The translations under genes were made by a program, and so were the position numbers. The notes beneath the pieces are model-generated. The model did no database searches. It was not told where the DNA came from and was given only the letters and a program-made list of their open reading frames with translations. A stretch of 64,000 nt of DNA. Source: a virus. Numbering within the stretch: position 1 is the first letter of the stretch; each line of letters begins with the position of its first letter. Location of the stretch: the IMG/VR virus record IMGVR_UViG_3300046474_000239, positions 1-64,000 of that record, one strand, 5' to 3'. Positions 27,825 to 39,685 of the stretch are shown here, piece after piece.

Positions 27825-28079
27825 ATGTCAGTAACGGCAAAGTTCAAAGGCGGCCCGCTCGACGGGCGGAAGAACACCCTCAAGGGTCGCGACAAACCAC
27901 CGGCCCAGTACAAGTGCGATGACGAGGCCAAGGCCCGTAACATGCGCGGCCACTACCGCCTGGTAACCAATACCGACAACGTGCTCACCGAGCCCGTCCA
28001 GTACGTCTGGGAAGGCCACCGGGTTGACGCAAACCATTGCACCCCGGAGACAGGCAAGTTCTGGCCTGCTACCGCCTAG
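27825..28079 (+). CDS. Small hypothetical protein (F.GGPLDG motif)
   Basis: AGGAG RBS. Confidence 0.7.
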   Translation: MSVTAKFKGGPLDGRKNTLKGRDKPPAQYKCDDEAKARNMRGHYRLVTNTDNVLTEPVQYVWEGHRVDANHCTPETGKFWPATA

Positions 28080-28080
28080 A

Positions 28081-28355
28081 CCTGTGTGGGCATGCGCGTT
28101 CCCCTATCTACTCCTGTGTGGGCACGCGCTTTCCCCTACTAGATTTACTCCAGTGTGGGCATGTGGTTTCCCCAACTACGAATCCGCTGGTGTCCAGCGC
28201 CAGGCCCGTGGCCCCGGTGTCCATGCCGGTGCTCCTGCCACTGATGATCGGGCTAGTGTCAGCGCTGCTGGTGTCCCGACCGGTGGTCATCCCGCTGGTG
28301 TCTATTAGTGCCAACACCTCTGAAGAGCCCGGTGTAGAGCCTCCGGTGTCACCCC
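28081..28355. repeat. Three tandem ~33-bp GTGTGGGCA-core repeats followed by GCTGGTGTC/CCGGTGT repeats
   Basis: Copies at 28081, 28111 and 28148; short repeats 28186-28351. Confidence 0.8.
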
Positions 28356-28361
28356 ACTGAT

Positions 28362-28390
28362 TTGACCCGTCTCTGTCAGATTGTTATAAT
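28362..28390 (+). promoter_or_regulatory. Near-consensus sigma70 promoter
   Basis: TTGACC-N17-TATAAT with extended -10 TGn. Confidence 0.8.
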
Positions 28391-28792
28391 TGCCCACACA
28401 CCCGCACCCACACACGCATCCAGAAGGAGCGAACCCGTGGACCCTAAGACTCAGTGGCGTCACAAAAGCAAGTTAAAAGAACTCGCCAAGATAGAACGCG
28501 GGATCCTGAAGTCTGTGCGTCGAGCGCAGCGCCAGGCTGATTTGATAGTACCCAAGGCGCTAGCCTGGATACCGATACCGTATGAAAAGCCGGAACCCAT
28601 AACGGCGGTTATCCTGGCGCGCCGGGCCTGGTATGAGGCGGGGGAAGTGCGGACCATTCCCGTTACTACCCTTTGCCGGGCGATTGCCCTTAATGAGGCG
28701 CAGAGACTGTTAAAGCGCGAAGGCTTCACGCACTGCACCGTGCTAGATGTTTATGAGGGACACCCCGCGTGCAATCAATTGCACCAGGATCT

Positions 28793-31700
28793 GTGTCGAT
28801 GGCGGGCGGTCAACCCCCGGCCTATAGTTGAATCACATTCAAGTCACCCACAAGGGGATAGCAAACATGAACACCGAAGCCCGTGACACCCTGTTAGACC
28901 TTTATGCCGATTGGTTCACCAACTACCTGACCGTCGAGCATTACGCCTCGGTGAACGGCCTTACGGTAGCGCAAGCAAAGGTCCTCATTGACCTGGCCCG
29001 CGAAGTCACTAACAGTCCGCACCCTGAATCCTGATCACTGGCCCTGGCGCTTTGCCGGGGCTGGGCTATGCTCTTAATACACACCAAACGTCACCCACAA
29101 GGGGATTGCACCATGAAAACCATCGCCGACCTGAAACGCCGCGTAGTCGTTGGGACCTGGCTCAAGCTGGATGCCTACACCATCTCTGGCGTGCCCGCTT
29201 CGCACAAGTACATGAACATCCCCCGCCAGGTTTGCGCGGCTCAGACCAATAGCTTTGCCAGCAAGCCCGTGGACGATCCGCGCTTCCCGAAAGCCGAGGC
29301 CAGTTGGTGTGATTGGCCCAAGAAGGCCGAGTTTGTGCCGGACGATGACGGTGAAGGTTTCGCCGTGAACCATGGCCATATCCACCTGCACTACCGGATT
29401 GCATCCGCGTAGCCACTGGACCTGGCGCCTTTCGGGGCGCCTGCTATTCTCATGTTACACAAACCAATCACCCAGAAGGGGATCCGTGATGTCGACCAAA
29501 CACAAGCCGTACACGAAAGACCAGACCAAGGCGATAGAGGCCGCGTGGTTCGCCCTCATGCGGGCGGTGGAATCCAACGCCATGCAGGAGCTGCGGCTCC
29601 GTGAAGCGTACAAGGCAGACCACAAGGACTTCGGCCCGGTGGCAACCCGCGCTCACATAATCGGTTACGTGCGCCAGGGTATGCGTATACCTGGACCGGC
29701 TACCATTCAGAACCTGGCGGCACAGCGTAACGAGATCGTCCACTGCTACATGGTTGGCCAGTGCCTCTTCTACAACCTGGACTACCCGCACAAGCTTACC
29801 GAGATCCTGGACGTGGCCGGTGATGCAGAGACCGAGGCGCAGGAAGCTTTCCTGAAAACCCTTTAACCGGTGGACCTGGCGAGTTCGTCAGGCCCTGCTA
29901 TGCTTCCAATACACCCAAATCACCCTAAAGGGGATTACGCAATGACCACTAAAAAACCAGCCACCACCGACCTGGCCAAAGTCCTGGCCACCCTGCACGC
30001 CGCTAACGCGGACGGGGACGTAACCGCGTGTATCCTGGCAGCCAATGACGCGGAACACGCCGACAGCACCCAACGGCTGGCCTACTATCACCACCTGGGG
30101 CTCTTTCGTATCCGCGCCGAGCCAGATACCGATTACTCGTTTGCCGACCTGTGCGGGGACACGTACAACCCTGAAGCATGCCCGGATATTCCACCCGCAC
30201 AGCTCGCCAGAGAGAAGGCCACGTTTCGATCCCGTGTCAGCCGCCAGGGGGTGTGGGGTTTTGTCCTGGAAGTGCGCAAGTCGTCGGCGGATGCATGGGG
30301 CGTGCCCGGTGAACACCTCGACTCACTGTGGGGCAACGTCGGGGCTGACTTCGTCGGGTCCGGCTATGACCACGATTTTCTGGTAAACGCCCTGGACTGG
30401 CTCGAAGAAAACAAGGTTGTGGAGACTGACCCGCAAGCCAACCTCATTGCCGCCGCGAAGAAAGCCCTGTGTGGTATGCGGGCGCTGATCGCCCTGTACC
30501 CTGAGATGGCCGGTGACATCCAACCCTACTGCAAAAAACTCTTTGATGCTTTGGACCCGTACGACATGCCAGGCAGCATGGGCGTCAGTGTGCCCGGCAC
30601 GCTACCCGCGCCCGTCGAACCTTTGCTAGGCTTTGATGGGTTCGGGTTCAACCTGATAGCGGACCAGTACCGGGCTCGTGTTCTTACCCTGGATAAGGAG
30701 TTCAAACCCGGACACCCCCGCGAGTCAGAAGGCGCGGCGGTCCTGGCGGCCTTGTTTGCGTCAGGGGTAGCGACTAAAAACTACTAACCCACCCACCCAC
30801 AGGGGCGCCTAACAACGCCCCACAAGCTTTGCAGGGGGTTTTATGTCGTGTCCTATGTATGTAGTCGAAGCACGCACGCCAGGCGGCGCGCTGGATCCTG
30901 GCGCGGAGCAACCGCCGTTTAACGTGGCGAGCGAGCGCCAGCTATTCGAGTATTACGGCGAACAAAGTGGGCGCATGGCCTACCAGGGTGACCAGGAGCA
31001 TTACCAGTTAGTGGTCGATTGGTATAAGAGCAAGGGCTGGGCAGTACGCCCGAAAACGTGGTAGGGAGAGACGCCATGTCAGTGGAAATCGTTCACGTCG
31101 TCCGGGGGCAATGCAAGATAACCGGGAAGAAATACAAGCTAGTGCGCGGACAGGTACGGCAACCCCACGAAGCCCGTGGAGAAGACGTGTTCCCCTCCAT
31201 CTTTTTCGCTATCCATTCAGCTAGCCGGGCGGCTAAGACCTGGCGTAAAATGTCGGACACTATCATTTTCACAGTCGTGCCCGTGAAGAGCATTGACGGT
31301 GAGTTAGTCGAAGAGGAGGAGGGTGATGAGTGCTCTTGAAGCCTTTGCGGCGTTCTATCGCGGCCTAAAGGCCGTTGCTTTGATTGTCCTGTTCTATTGC
31401 GTATGGAACCTGGATAACCATTTGAAGGAAAAATACCATGTACCTGGACAAGCCTCTGTTCAAGTTAAAGCCGGACGAACCGCGCCAGTATGCGAACGTA
31501 ACCAATGCCCTGGAGGTCACTGAAAAGGGCTCCGCCTGGGTTCGCCACATCCAGGTCAGTACATCTCTGTTTCACCTGATGCGCCACCTCAAGGTTCCAG
31601 TGTCGGCGGCGGTGACTTTGTACCTGGACATTGAAGGACCCGTGGCGGTCTTCGGCCTGATGGTCGATGATCAAGACATGCACGACCTATGGGAGTACAG

Positions 31701-34700
31701 CAGCAAGCTACTACCACCATTCTTGGACTGACCGGTGGGCCTGGCGCGGAAGCCTGGGCCTGCTATAGTTGAGCTACTACCAATCACCCACAAGGGGATA
31801 GCCAGATGAAAACCAAATACACCAAGCCCGTGTTGAGCGCAGACGGCCTGAGTGAGCTGGTACAGGCGAACGCCTGGAAACGCTACTACAACGGCGAGAC
31901 CTGTGCGCAATTCATCACTCGGGTCCTGGACCTGTGCAAAGCCCACACTCTGTCTTTCCAGTCCCACATCTCCGTGTCGGAAGAGCCTGGCGCCTGGGAA
32001 TACGACTACCTCACCCGTGGCTTCAGCGCTCCGCGCTTCACATTCGAGGAGTACCAGGCGAGGCGCTTGCCCTACGTCGGTGCCACTATCATCGCCCTGA
32101 ACTTCGACGACCTGTCTTGTGCATTCCACATGTACACCCGTGATGCCTCTGTTATCGAGGCGTTCCACCAAGCATTCGCCGACAACCCTGGCGCCGACGC
32201 AATCGCCGGTTACCGGGCAAACCTCAGTGCAGAGTTCGACCGTGACCGCAAACGCTTCGAGAAGCGCAAGGAGACCTCCAGTGGCTATTAACCCACAACC
32301 TGTGCGTGTGTTCACCCGCGAGGATCCGTGTACGAAGGTGCACCTGTTTAATTGCTTTACAGCACCGTCAGGCTTTCGCCCCCGCGCAGTCGTCGAGGCC
32401 CGTGGCGAGATCGGTATCAACGCGATCAAGTACCTGCTCCGTGAAGGGTACGCCGAGGCCTTCGAAGGTGCCGGGGCGGATTGGTGGAAGCTGACCGAGG
32501 AGGGCGAGCAATGGCTCCTTGTGGGACTACAGCGGCACCTCGAATTACACCCCGAGGAGCGCTCTCTGGTAGCGGGCAACGCCCCGGCTAAGCGCAAGTC
32601 AGGACACCAGGGCGACAGGGTTATACGGCGCACACGTCGGTGATTGTCGTCATTATGGTATGAAAGCCCCCATAATCTGCGAAAGCTTGCAAGAAATCGG
32701 CTTTTGCACAGCGCGTGCAATCAATTGCACCAGGAGTCAGTGAGATGAAACGTAAAGAAAACGGCGTCACCACTTTACAGGCCCGTAACGGTCAAAACGT
32801 CGTCGCTTTCGACGCCATCGCCAAGCTCTCTGGAGTATCGGGCGGGGGCGTTGTCAAGGTCCTGGCAGCAATGCGCGCCATTGCAGATTATGAGGGCGAC
32901 CAGGCACTAGCGAGCGGCCTGGGGGCGTTCGAGAATGTTCCGACAGGGTTAGCGGATGAATACCGCGCACGCGCTACAGCGGCCTACGCGCATGACCTGG
33001 CCGAAGCATTGGAAGGCCACGAGCTGGCGCCGATCTTGCGCCTGGACCGATTGGTGTAGCTTGCGGGCGGTCGTAGGCCTGCTATTCTCTTAATACACAC
33101 CAAACGTCACCCATAAGGGGATGCACCATGGTCACCAAAAAGTTTACCTGCAAGGTCAGTGAGGAGCACGGCTTCCTCGGTTGGGTCATGAATACCATGC
33201 CCCACTTCGACCCGGCCACCGGCATGGGTGTAGCCCATGATTGCCTGGAACACTTGACCCGTCGCGTAGGCTTTGAAGGCGAAATGGAGGCCTTCGGTGT
33301 CGCGCTGTTCATCCGCTACGGCGGCGGGTACTGGACAGAACGTGGCGCCTACGACTCCTCGTGGAGCGGCAACACTTGCACCGAAGTCGCGGAGTTCCTG
33401 GCCCGTGATACAGACATGACCGTGGCTAAGGCCCCGCGCACCCCTTTGCTGGAGGACGGTGAAGAGGAAGAGATCGCCAAGATGCAGACCAGGGCACTGG
33501 AGGACTTCTATTCTGAGTGGGCGGATAGCTACGGCCTAGAGGACACGCCCCGTGAAGTCGTAAGCCTGGCGCTCGAACGGGCGGCTGTCTGGATCCGTCG
33601 CGGATTCCGTAACGCAGAACGCAAGTACACCGCACCCGTGTACGACCTGGCGTACATGTTTGCGCAGATAGAGAAAGAAGTAGACGCGCTAAACCCGGAA
33701 GAGGGCGACACCCTCACTGTCAAATTCAGTCGCGATGAATGCGACTATTCTGTAACACACAAACGTCAATACGACTGGTAAAGGAGTAACACCATGCAAA
33801 AAGTTGGAATCTTGAGCCGTATGGGTCTCGGTGCTCTCTTGGGCTCCGCCCTGGCGCACAGCCTGATGCAAGGCGTGCAATCAATTGCATCGACAGGCCC
33901 GCGACAGCATCGCGTAGCACCTAACATCACCCGCCAGCGTTGGTACAGTGGTCGACATGACCATAAGTCAGGCAAGAAACCTGGCCAGACTGATGCACAA
34001 GCGTCACAAGCCCTGGCAACTGCGCAAGCTAAGCGGGCGCGCAAGGCCGCAGCCCTCACCCGTTGGGCGGAGCGTAGCGCCGAAGGTGCGCAAGCCTGGC
34101 GCCAGGCTTTGACGGGCGGAGCCACCTACTAACCCCAAACCACCTACAGAGGCCCGAAAGGGCCTTTGTCAGTGTAACTAGCGCCGTTTAATGGGCGTGC
34201 TAATATTCAATTGTACCCCGGCAAACGTCATCCCCAAGGAGACAAGCACCATGCGCGCTACCTGTGCAACCATCGCATCGCTGATGCAGATCAAAGACGT
34301 GACTGAAGACGACGCCCGTCTGATCCGCAAAATCTGGCCTATGTCTATTTCCCAAATGCGCACCTACCTGGCACGCCCGGCTGTGAACCTCGAAGGCCGC
34401 TTCGATTACGTCCTGGAAACCTGCAAAGGATCCACCAACCTGGTGGAAGGGGCGGTCGACCGCATCATTGGCACCCATGGCGTGGAATACCTGGGCCAGC
34501 GCAAGCGCAACCGGAACCACGTCTACTACTGCAATGCCGGTGACACCTACAGCACCACTATCATTTTCGACGGCGACCGCCTCACCGTGGGCTGTATCGG
34601 TGACCTGGTTGAAAAGAACCTCATCTCTGAACGCGGGAGCTTCTAACATGGCAAAGTCAAAAGCGGATTACATTGAGCAAGGCCGGGCGGATGCAGCAGC

Positions 34701-35844
34701 CGGTGGCGCACGCAAGATTGGCTTTACCCGTAACTCGTGGCAGGAAAACGCCTATGACCTGGGCTTTAACGCGGAGTACAAACGTCAGGTATCTTGCCCA
34801 GCCTGTGCGGCCGGTGTGCCTCTCGCTGCTCCGGTGCTCGCCAAGGTTGTCGGTGGCCCGGACGACGGGAAGGTCGTACAGCTCACTGCAAAGGCTGTGC
34901 AAGCGATTACACGCACGGCGGGCGAAACGCTGGACGCTGGACGCCAGGCACACGCCGCACAGGTCACACGCATGGCGACGGAACATCGCCGGGCGGATCG
35001 TATCGACAGAATGACCCGTGGCTACATCGCAGCAGCACTGGGGAGCAGTGGCGGGACCACACCAGAAGGCGAGGAGCTGGAAAGTCTGGAGGGCTACGAG
35101 TTCAGTGATGAGTCGAAGTCGAAAGCCTGGGGCATTTGCGCGGCCTTCTATGACCGCTACACGACAGACGTTAATGCCTACGCTGGCACGTACAAGCCTG
35201 GCAATGGTGCGGATCCTTACGAGCACGCCGGTCACGACCTGTGGCTCACCTCCGGCGGTCACGGTGTAGGCTTCTGGGATCGCGGCCTGGGCAACCTCGG
35301 TGATCGACTGAGCAAGGCGTGCGGCTTCCGCACAGACTTCCCGGAGAAGTGGGTAGACATTGGTGATGATCACTACGTCCACCTGGACTGATGCAATCAA
35401 TTGCACGGCGCTCGAAACCGGGCGCCTTTGAGGAGTTAACGCCATGTCTAACGACAGCACACAAAAAGCCATTGTAAACGCCCGCCAGGCCCTGGCAGAC
35501 CTTTACGCAGATGCCTGCATAGCCCTGGAAGCTACGGTATCAAAGGAGCGGGTACAGGCTGTTATAGAGAAGCGCACAGACCAGGCTGGCGCGGCTGAAG
35601 CCGGGGCGGAGCTGGCCTTTGCTTGCCTCATTGCAGCGCAGAAGCGTAGCAAGCCTTCGGGGGTTGAACTCACAACCGAAACCGAAAGCAACGCGGGCGG
35701 GTACTACAGTCGAAAGGCAGTAGGGCAAATGATTCGCCGGATCCGCGACAATATGCCCTAGCCTGGGTCGGTGTACATGGCGCTCCTTAGATGGGGCGTC
35801 TATGCTTCCAATACACCCAAATCACCCACAAGGGGATAGACATG
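28793..35844 (+). promoter_or_regulatory. Eight repeated promoter-leader units (CTGGCG-like N17-18 TATNCT-like ... TCACCCNNAAGGGGAT)
   Basis: -35/-10 starts at 28799/28823, 29044/29067, 29422/29445, 29876/29899, 31741/31764, 33060/33083, 34178/34201, 35777/35801. Confidence 0.8.
34150..34168 (+). terminator. Terminator hairpin
   Basis: AGGCCC-GAAA-GGGCCT then TTG. Confidence 0.65.
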
Positions 35845-37039
35845 CAAACCATTCTTTCAACGTCGCAAATTGAGACACGCCTCGGTGACATTTACAGCAC
35901 CGCGTACATCACCAAGCCCACCAGTGCCGAGTTGCACGAGCGCCTGAATAACTTCCTGGCGGAGTTGTGCGAACGCACGCCGGGCGGTCGTCGTCGTTAC
36001 AGCGTGGAAACAATCGGATACGCCCGTGGTTATGCCCGTGCCCTGGACAACCAAATCATGCGCGAGCAAGTGGAGTTTGTTTACCGCTCTTTGCACAGCG
36101 GGTATATCTATTCGACTCACAAGCAAAGCACCCACAAGTCCACTGAAGAGTTCTACGAGAAGGGCGAGGGTGCATTGTTGGGCGAGATGGAAGCCGCGCA
36201 CGTATGGAAAGGCACCGACAAACCGTTTACCCCGTGGAGCGTACCAAACCAGGACATGCGCGACCGCCAGGCTGTGGCATTGGCTAAGTCGGATTCCCGT
36301 TATAGCGTCCAGAGTTACGGCCTGGCGTTTAATGGCAAGGGCTGGGCCTTCCTGTGGCTCGATAAGGTTATGGGAAGCGCGGACACCGAAGCGGCGGCCT
36401 GGCTTCTGGCGGCAAAGCATAAGGCAGAACGTGACGCCAGTTTGAGCGACCCGGTAGCGCAAGGCTGGAAACCCACCAACGCCGAAACCCTGGCGGAGGT
36501 TCAACGTGTCGTCGCTGCTATCGGGCGGGACACCCTGGTCGCTGATGTTTATGATGAGCGCTCACAGGTATCAGATGCCCTGGCCCGTGTACCAGGCTTT
36601 GAATACCCGGACTGGTCACACCTGACAATGGGCGAGGCGGAGACCCGTGCTCGCAAGATCCTGGGGGGCGATAATGGCAAAGGCTAAGAAGCGGGTAAAC
36701 ATTGATCGTGTGGAGCCGGGCGGTAATGTCGTCCGGTACATGACTGGAGTAGAAGAGGAGAACGCACACCGAATCATCCGTGACGTGAATCAAAGGGAAG
36801 GGGAGTTGGTCATATCCTCTGTACCGTACAAGCGCTAGACTAGGATCCACACAAACCAGCAAAGGAGTTACCAGGATGAAAGCGATAACACTCGTGGCAC
36901 GTAAACTGATGCTAGCCATTTACGGGCGGCCAGTTGAACCAACGGCAGAAGAGAAGGAGAAGGAGCAGAAGGAATACGAGCGAGTGTTGTCTATCCTCTA
37001 GACCTCGTGCAATCAATTGCACCGACTCACCCATTAATC

Positions 37040-37071
37040 GCCCTGGCTTAATCGCCGGGGCTTTCTCGTTT
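37040..37071 (+). terminator. Probable terminator closing the early array
   Basis: GCCCTGGC-ttaatc-GCCGGGGC then TTTCTCGTTT. Confidence 0.6.
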
Positions 37072-37975
37072 CGGGCGGAGCAGATACCAGGATCCTCTAT
37101 AGGGAACAATCCACTATCACCAGGTACACACGCCAGGATAAAACGGGCGGACACTCTACACACACCTATAGACAATCCCACTAGGGAACATAGAACACAC
37201 CAGGACCATAGCAAAGGTTTAGACGGGCGGATCCTGTAGAGTTTCGGGCGGACCAATATGCAATACCCTATAGACAATAACCATAGAGAGAATCATATAG
37301 AGATAAACAGTGTAGAGAACCGATCTAGTGTTTCATTCTCTATCAGTGTTTTCCCAGTGAACTATTTCCCGCAAAAATTCTCTGGTGATTCAAGTTCAAT
37401 TCATCGGTGTCTATCCGTGTCTAGTGCTGCTGGTGCTTGGGTTAGTGTCTACGTCACGCTAACTGGTGCTGCTGTACGCTGCTGTCATGCTAATGCAGGC
37501 CCGTTTGTGTTATCAGCAGTAGTGGTGGAGTTAATGTTCTCTCTATAGGGGATAAATGACATCGACCGCCCGTAAACCCTGGGTACATGTTTATTCTCTC
37601 TATAGGGAGCAAGTGACATCCCGCCCGTGTTTATTGGTTCTGTGTGGGCATGCCGCATTCATAACTGGTCACTGCTGGTGTTTCCTCTCTATAGGGCGTA
37701 ACTGGTATCCGCCCGTGCAATTGATTGCACTGGTGTGGGCATGTGACGCTTACTACTGTCGTCACTGCTGGTGTGGGCACCTGGTTTATACAACTGGTGA
37801 GTGGTGGTGGTCATGCGCGTTTCATGACTGCTGCTGGTGACGCAACTGGTGCTGGTGTCATAACTGGTGCAACTGGTGTCACTGCTGCTGGTGTCATGAG
37901 TGGTGGTGGAATTCTCTCTATAGGGCTGTGGTGGTATTCCGCCTGTGAAACCTGTGCCTGTGTGGGCATGTGCTA
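37072..37975. repeat. Non-coding locus of inverted bipartite repeats around an AT-rich core (candidate origin or packaging site)
   Basis: Four TCTCTATAGGG-N12-15-CCGCCYGT units (37537, 37594, 37683, 37912) and three reverse units (37072, 37143, 37245). Confidence 0.7.
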
Positions 37976-38158
37976 TTTACTACTGAAGTCACTGCTGCTG
38001 TAGTTGTCCTGGCGCCGTGCAATTGATTGCACCGACCTGGATCCGTGTTACACCGCTCCGAAGCACGTCAAATGCGTGCCAGAATCGAGCTGAAGCACGG
38101 CAAATACGTGCCAGATACACCCCGGATCCGCGCCTATATAGAAGGGCTTCGAAACCGC

Positions 38159-38215
38159 ACCGTTTGTCGGCTCCGACCAAATCAGGTTTGCAGGTTCGCC
38201 AGCACCGTCTAAAGT
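38159..38215 (+). promoter_or_regulatory. Operator-like inverted repeat plus promoter, copy 1
   Basis: ACCGTTTGTCGGCTCCGACCAAA, then TTTGCA-N17-TAAAGT. Confidence 0.6.
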
Positions 38216-39536
38216 TACCAATACCGAAACACAAACCACACACAAGGAATACCGACATGACCACCATTCAGATGTTCACCGGCATTGCAGTAATGGCTAT
38301 GATCGTTTTCGCAATGGCCTACGCAGCTTGGAACAACTAACAGTTAACCGCAGCCCACGTCACCCATAAGGGGATCGAATCATGAACGCAGTAGCTCACT
38401 ACCTCGTATACTCGAAAAACACCGGCTTCATTGTTGCGAAGTTCACAACCGAGGCGGGAGCTATAGAGTACTGCGCAAACAACGCCGGAACCCGTTGGAC
38501 CTATCACCGCACCGATAAAGCCGTGCCATACGGCTGCTAATCCAATCAATCGCCACACGTTACCCATAAGGGGACAGATCATGACCACAGTAAACACTCC
38601 CGAAGGCATATCGTATTTTCGTTTCGCCTCACTCAAAGGCCAACTCAAACTTGAGTCGGTAGGCCTGAAAAGTTCTAGCGGCGCACTCCGCCCACAACTT
38701 GCGAAAGAGTTCGGCCTTAAACCCCGCGCACCACACGCCGACTACATCGCCTATTGCATTGCGCGCATGAATGAATTGATCCCGCGCCAAGTTGTATAAT
38801 GCAATTGATTGCACGGGGCGGAAACGCCCCACACCCAAACTAGTAGAGTGACCATCATGTCTAATGCACCTTATGACAAAGTTGACGCGGCCTATATCTT
38901 TATCGGGTTGCACGCTTCTTATACTAACGCGGCCAATGAGGAGGAGAGCGACAACGGACCTATTGCGCAGTTGATTGAACACCACAGCGGAGAATGCCAT
39001 TTAATGGCTTTCATGTTCGAGACTTCCATTGCCGCAAGTAAGGCGATTAGTTCAATAGTTGACTTTGACCGGGCGGACCTCGGGATGTTCGCCTATGACC
39101 ATCTCGACAACGCAGAGCCGGGAAGCCTGATCTATGCCCTATGGTCGGCGTGCGTACTTGAGCAGAAGGACCCCGCAGGCGTAGTTAAAGCGTGGGTTGA
39201 TGCAATGGGCTGGCCTACGATAGTCAAAGGGCGGGAAGTAGTTCAAGTAGTAGACTCCCCGGTAGTTAGTATTCAGATTCAAACCGTCCAGATTCAACCA
39301 CGCGACCAAACCGGCGACGATGCGCAGGTAGTAGCTAGCACTAGCCCCAATGCAACCCATTGGTCTGTATATACGCGCAGTACCGAAGGGCGGGCGCAAT
39401 GGGTTGCGGATTTTGCCGTATTGCCCGGCGATACCGGACAGGCCCGCACCGCCGCGCAGATGCTTGCGGACAAGCTTGCAGCACAGTACGGGGTATTTAT
39501 CGAAGCCATTAAGTAGAACGCCCCGCACGCACGTTT

Positions 39537-39557
39537 AAGGCCCTTCGGGGCCTTTTT
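39537..39557 (+). terminator. Intrinsic terminator
   Basis: AAGGCCC-TTCG-GGGCCTT then TTT. Confidence 0.85.
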
Positions 39558-39565
39558 CGTTTATG

Positions 39566-39632
39566 ACCGTTTGTCGGCTCCGATCAAAATAGTTAGATTC
39601 TGGTTTGCAGGATTTGTGATAGCAACTATTCT
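39566..39632 (+). promoter_or_regulatory. Operator-like inverted repeat plus promoter, copy 2
   Basis: ACCGTTTGTCGGCTCCGATCAAA, then TTTGCA-N17-TATTCT. Confidence 0.6.
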
Positions 39633-39685
39633 CTAAATACCGGGTAAGGCAACCGCCGCCCACATCACCCATAAGGGGATACATC

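Larger units (their letters stand above)
28437..37001 (+). other. Early-gene cassette array: about 20 small hypothetical CDS (28437-28886, 28867-29034, 29113-29412, 29489-29866, 29942-30787, 30843-31064, 31076-31339, 31438-31731, 31806-32291, 32281-32643, 32745-33059, 33128-33781, 33794-34132, 34251-34646, 34648-35391, 35444-35761, 35842-36687, 36674-36838, 36876-37001)
   Basis: Co-oriented ORFs with RBSs, many preceded by the repeated promoter-leader. Confidence 0.75.

Noticed and set aside
28081-28179. Triple repeat as a mini CRISPR array
   Set aside because: Copies are adjacent and degenerate with no spacer-length unique sequence; no cas operon
29044-31769. CTGGCG boxes as sigma54 promoters
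   Set aside because: No conserved TTGC at the -12 spacing; the fixed 17-bp distance to a TATNNT box fits the sigma70 family
37420-37900. GCTGGTG runs as E. coli Chi sites
   Set aside because: They do not complete GCTGGTGG and are concentrated in two repeat blocks
37537-37925. CTATAGGG as T7-type RNA polymerase promoters
   Set aside because: The upstream TAATACGACTCA-like specificity region is absent and no single-subunit RNAP is in the window
36934-38256. ORFs called in the 37-38 kb gap
   Set aside because: Low-complexity translations of repeats, without RBS
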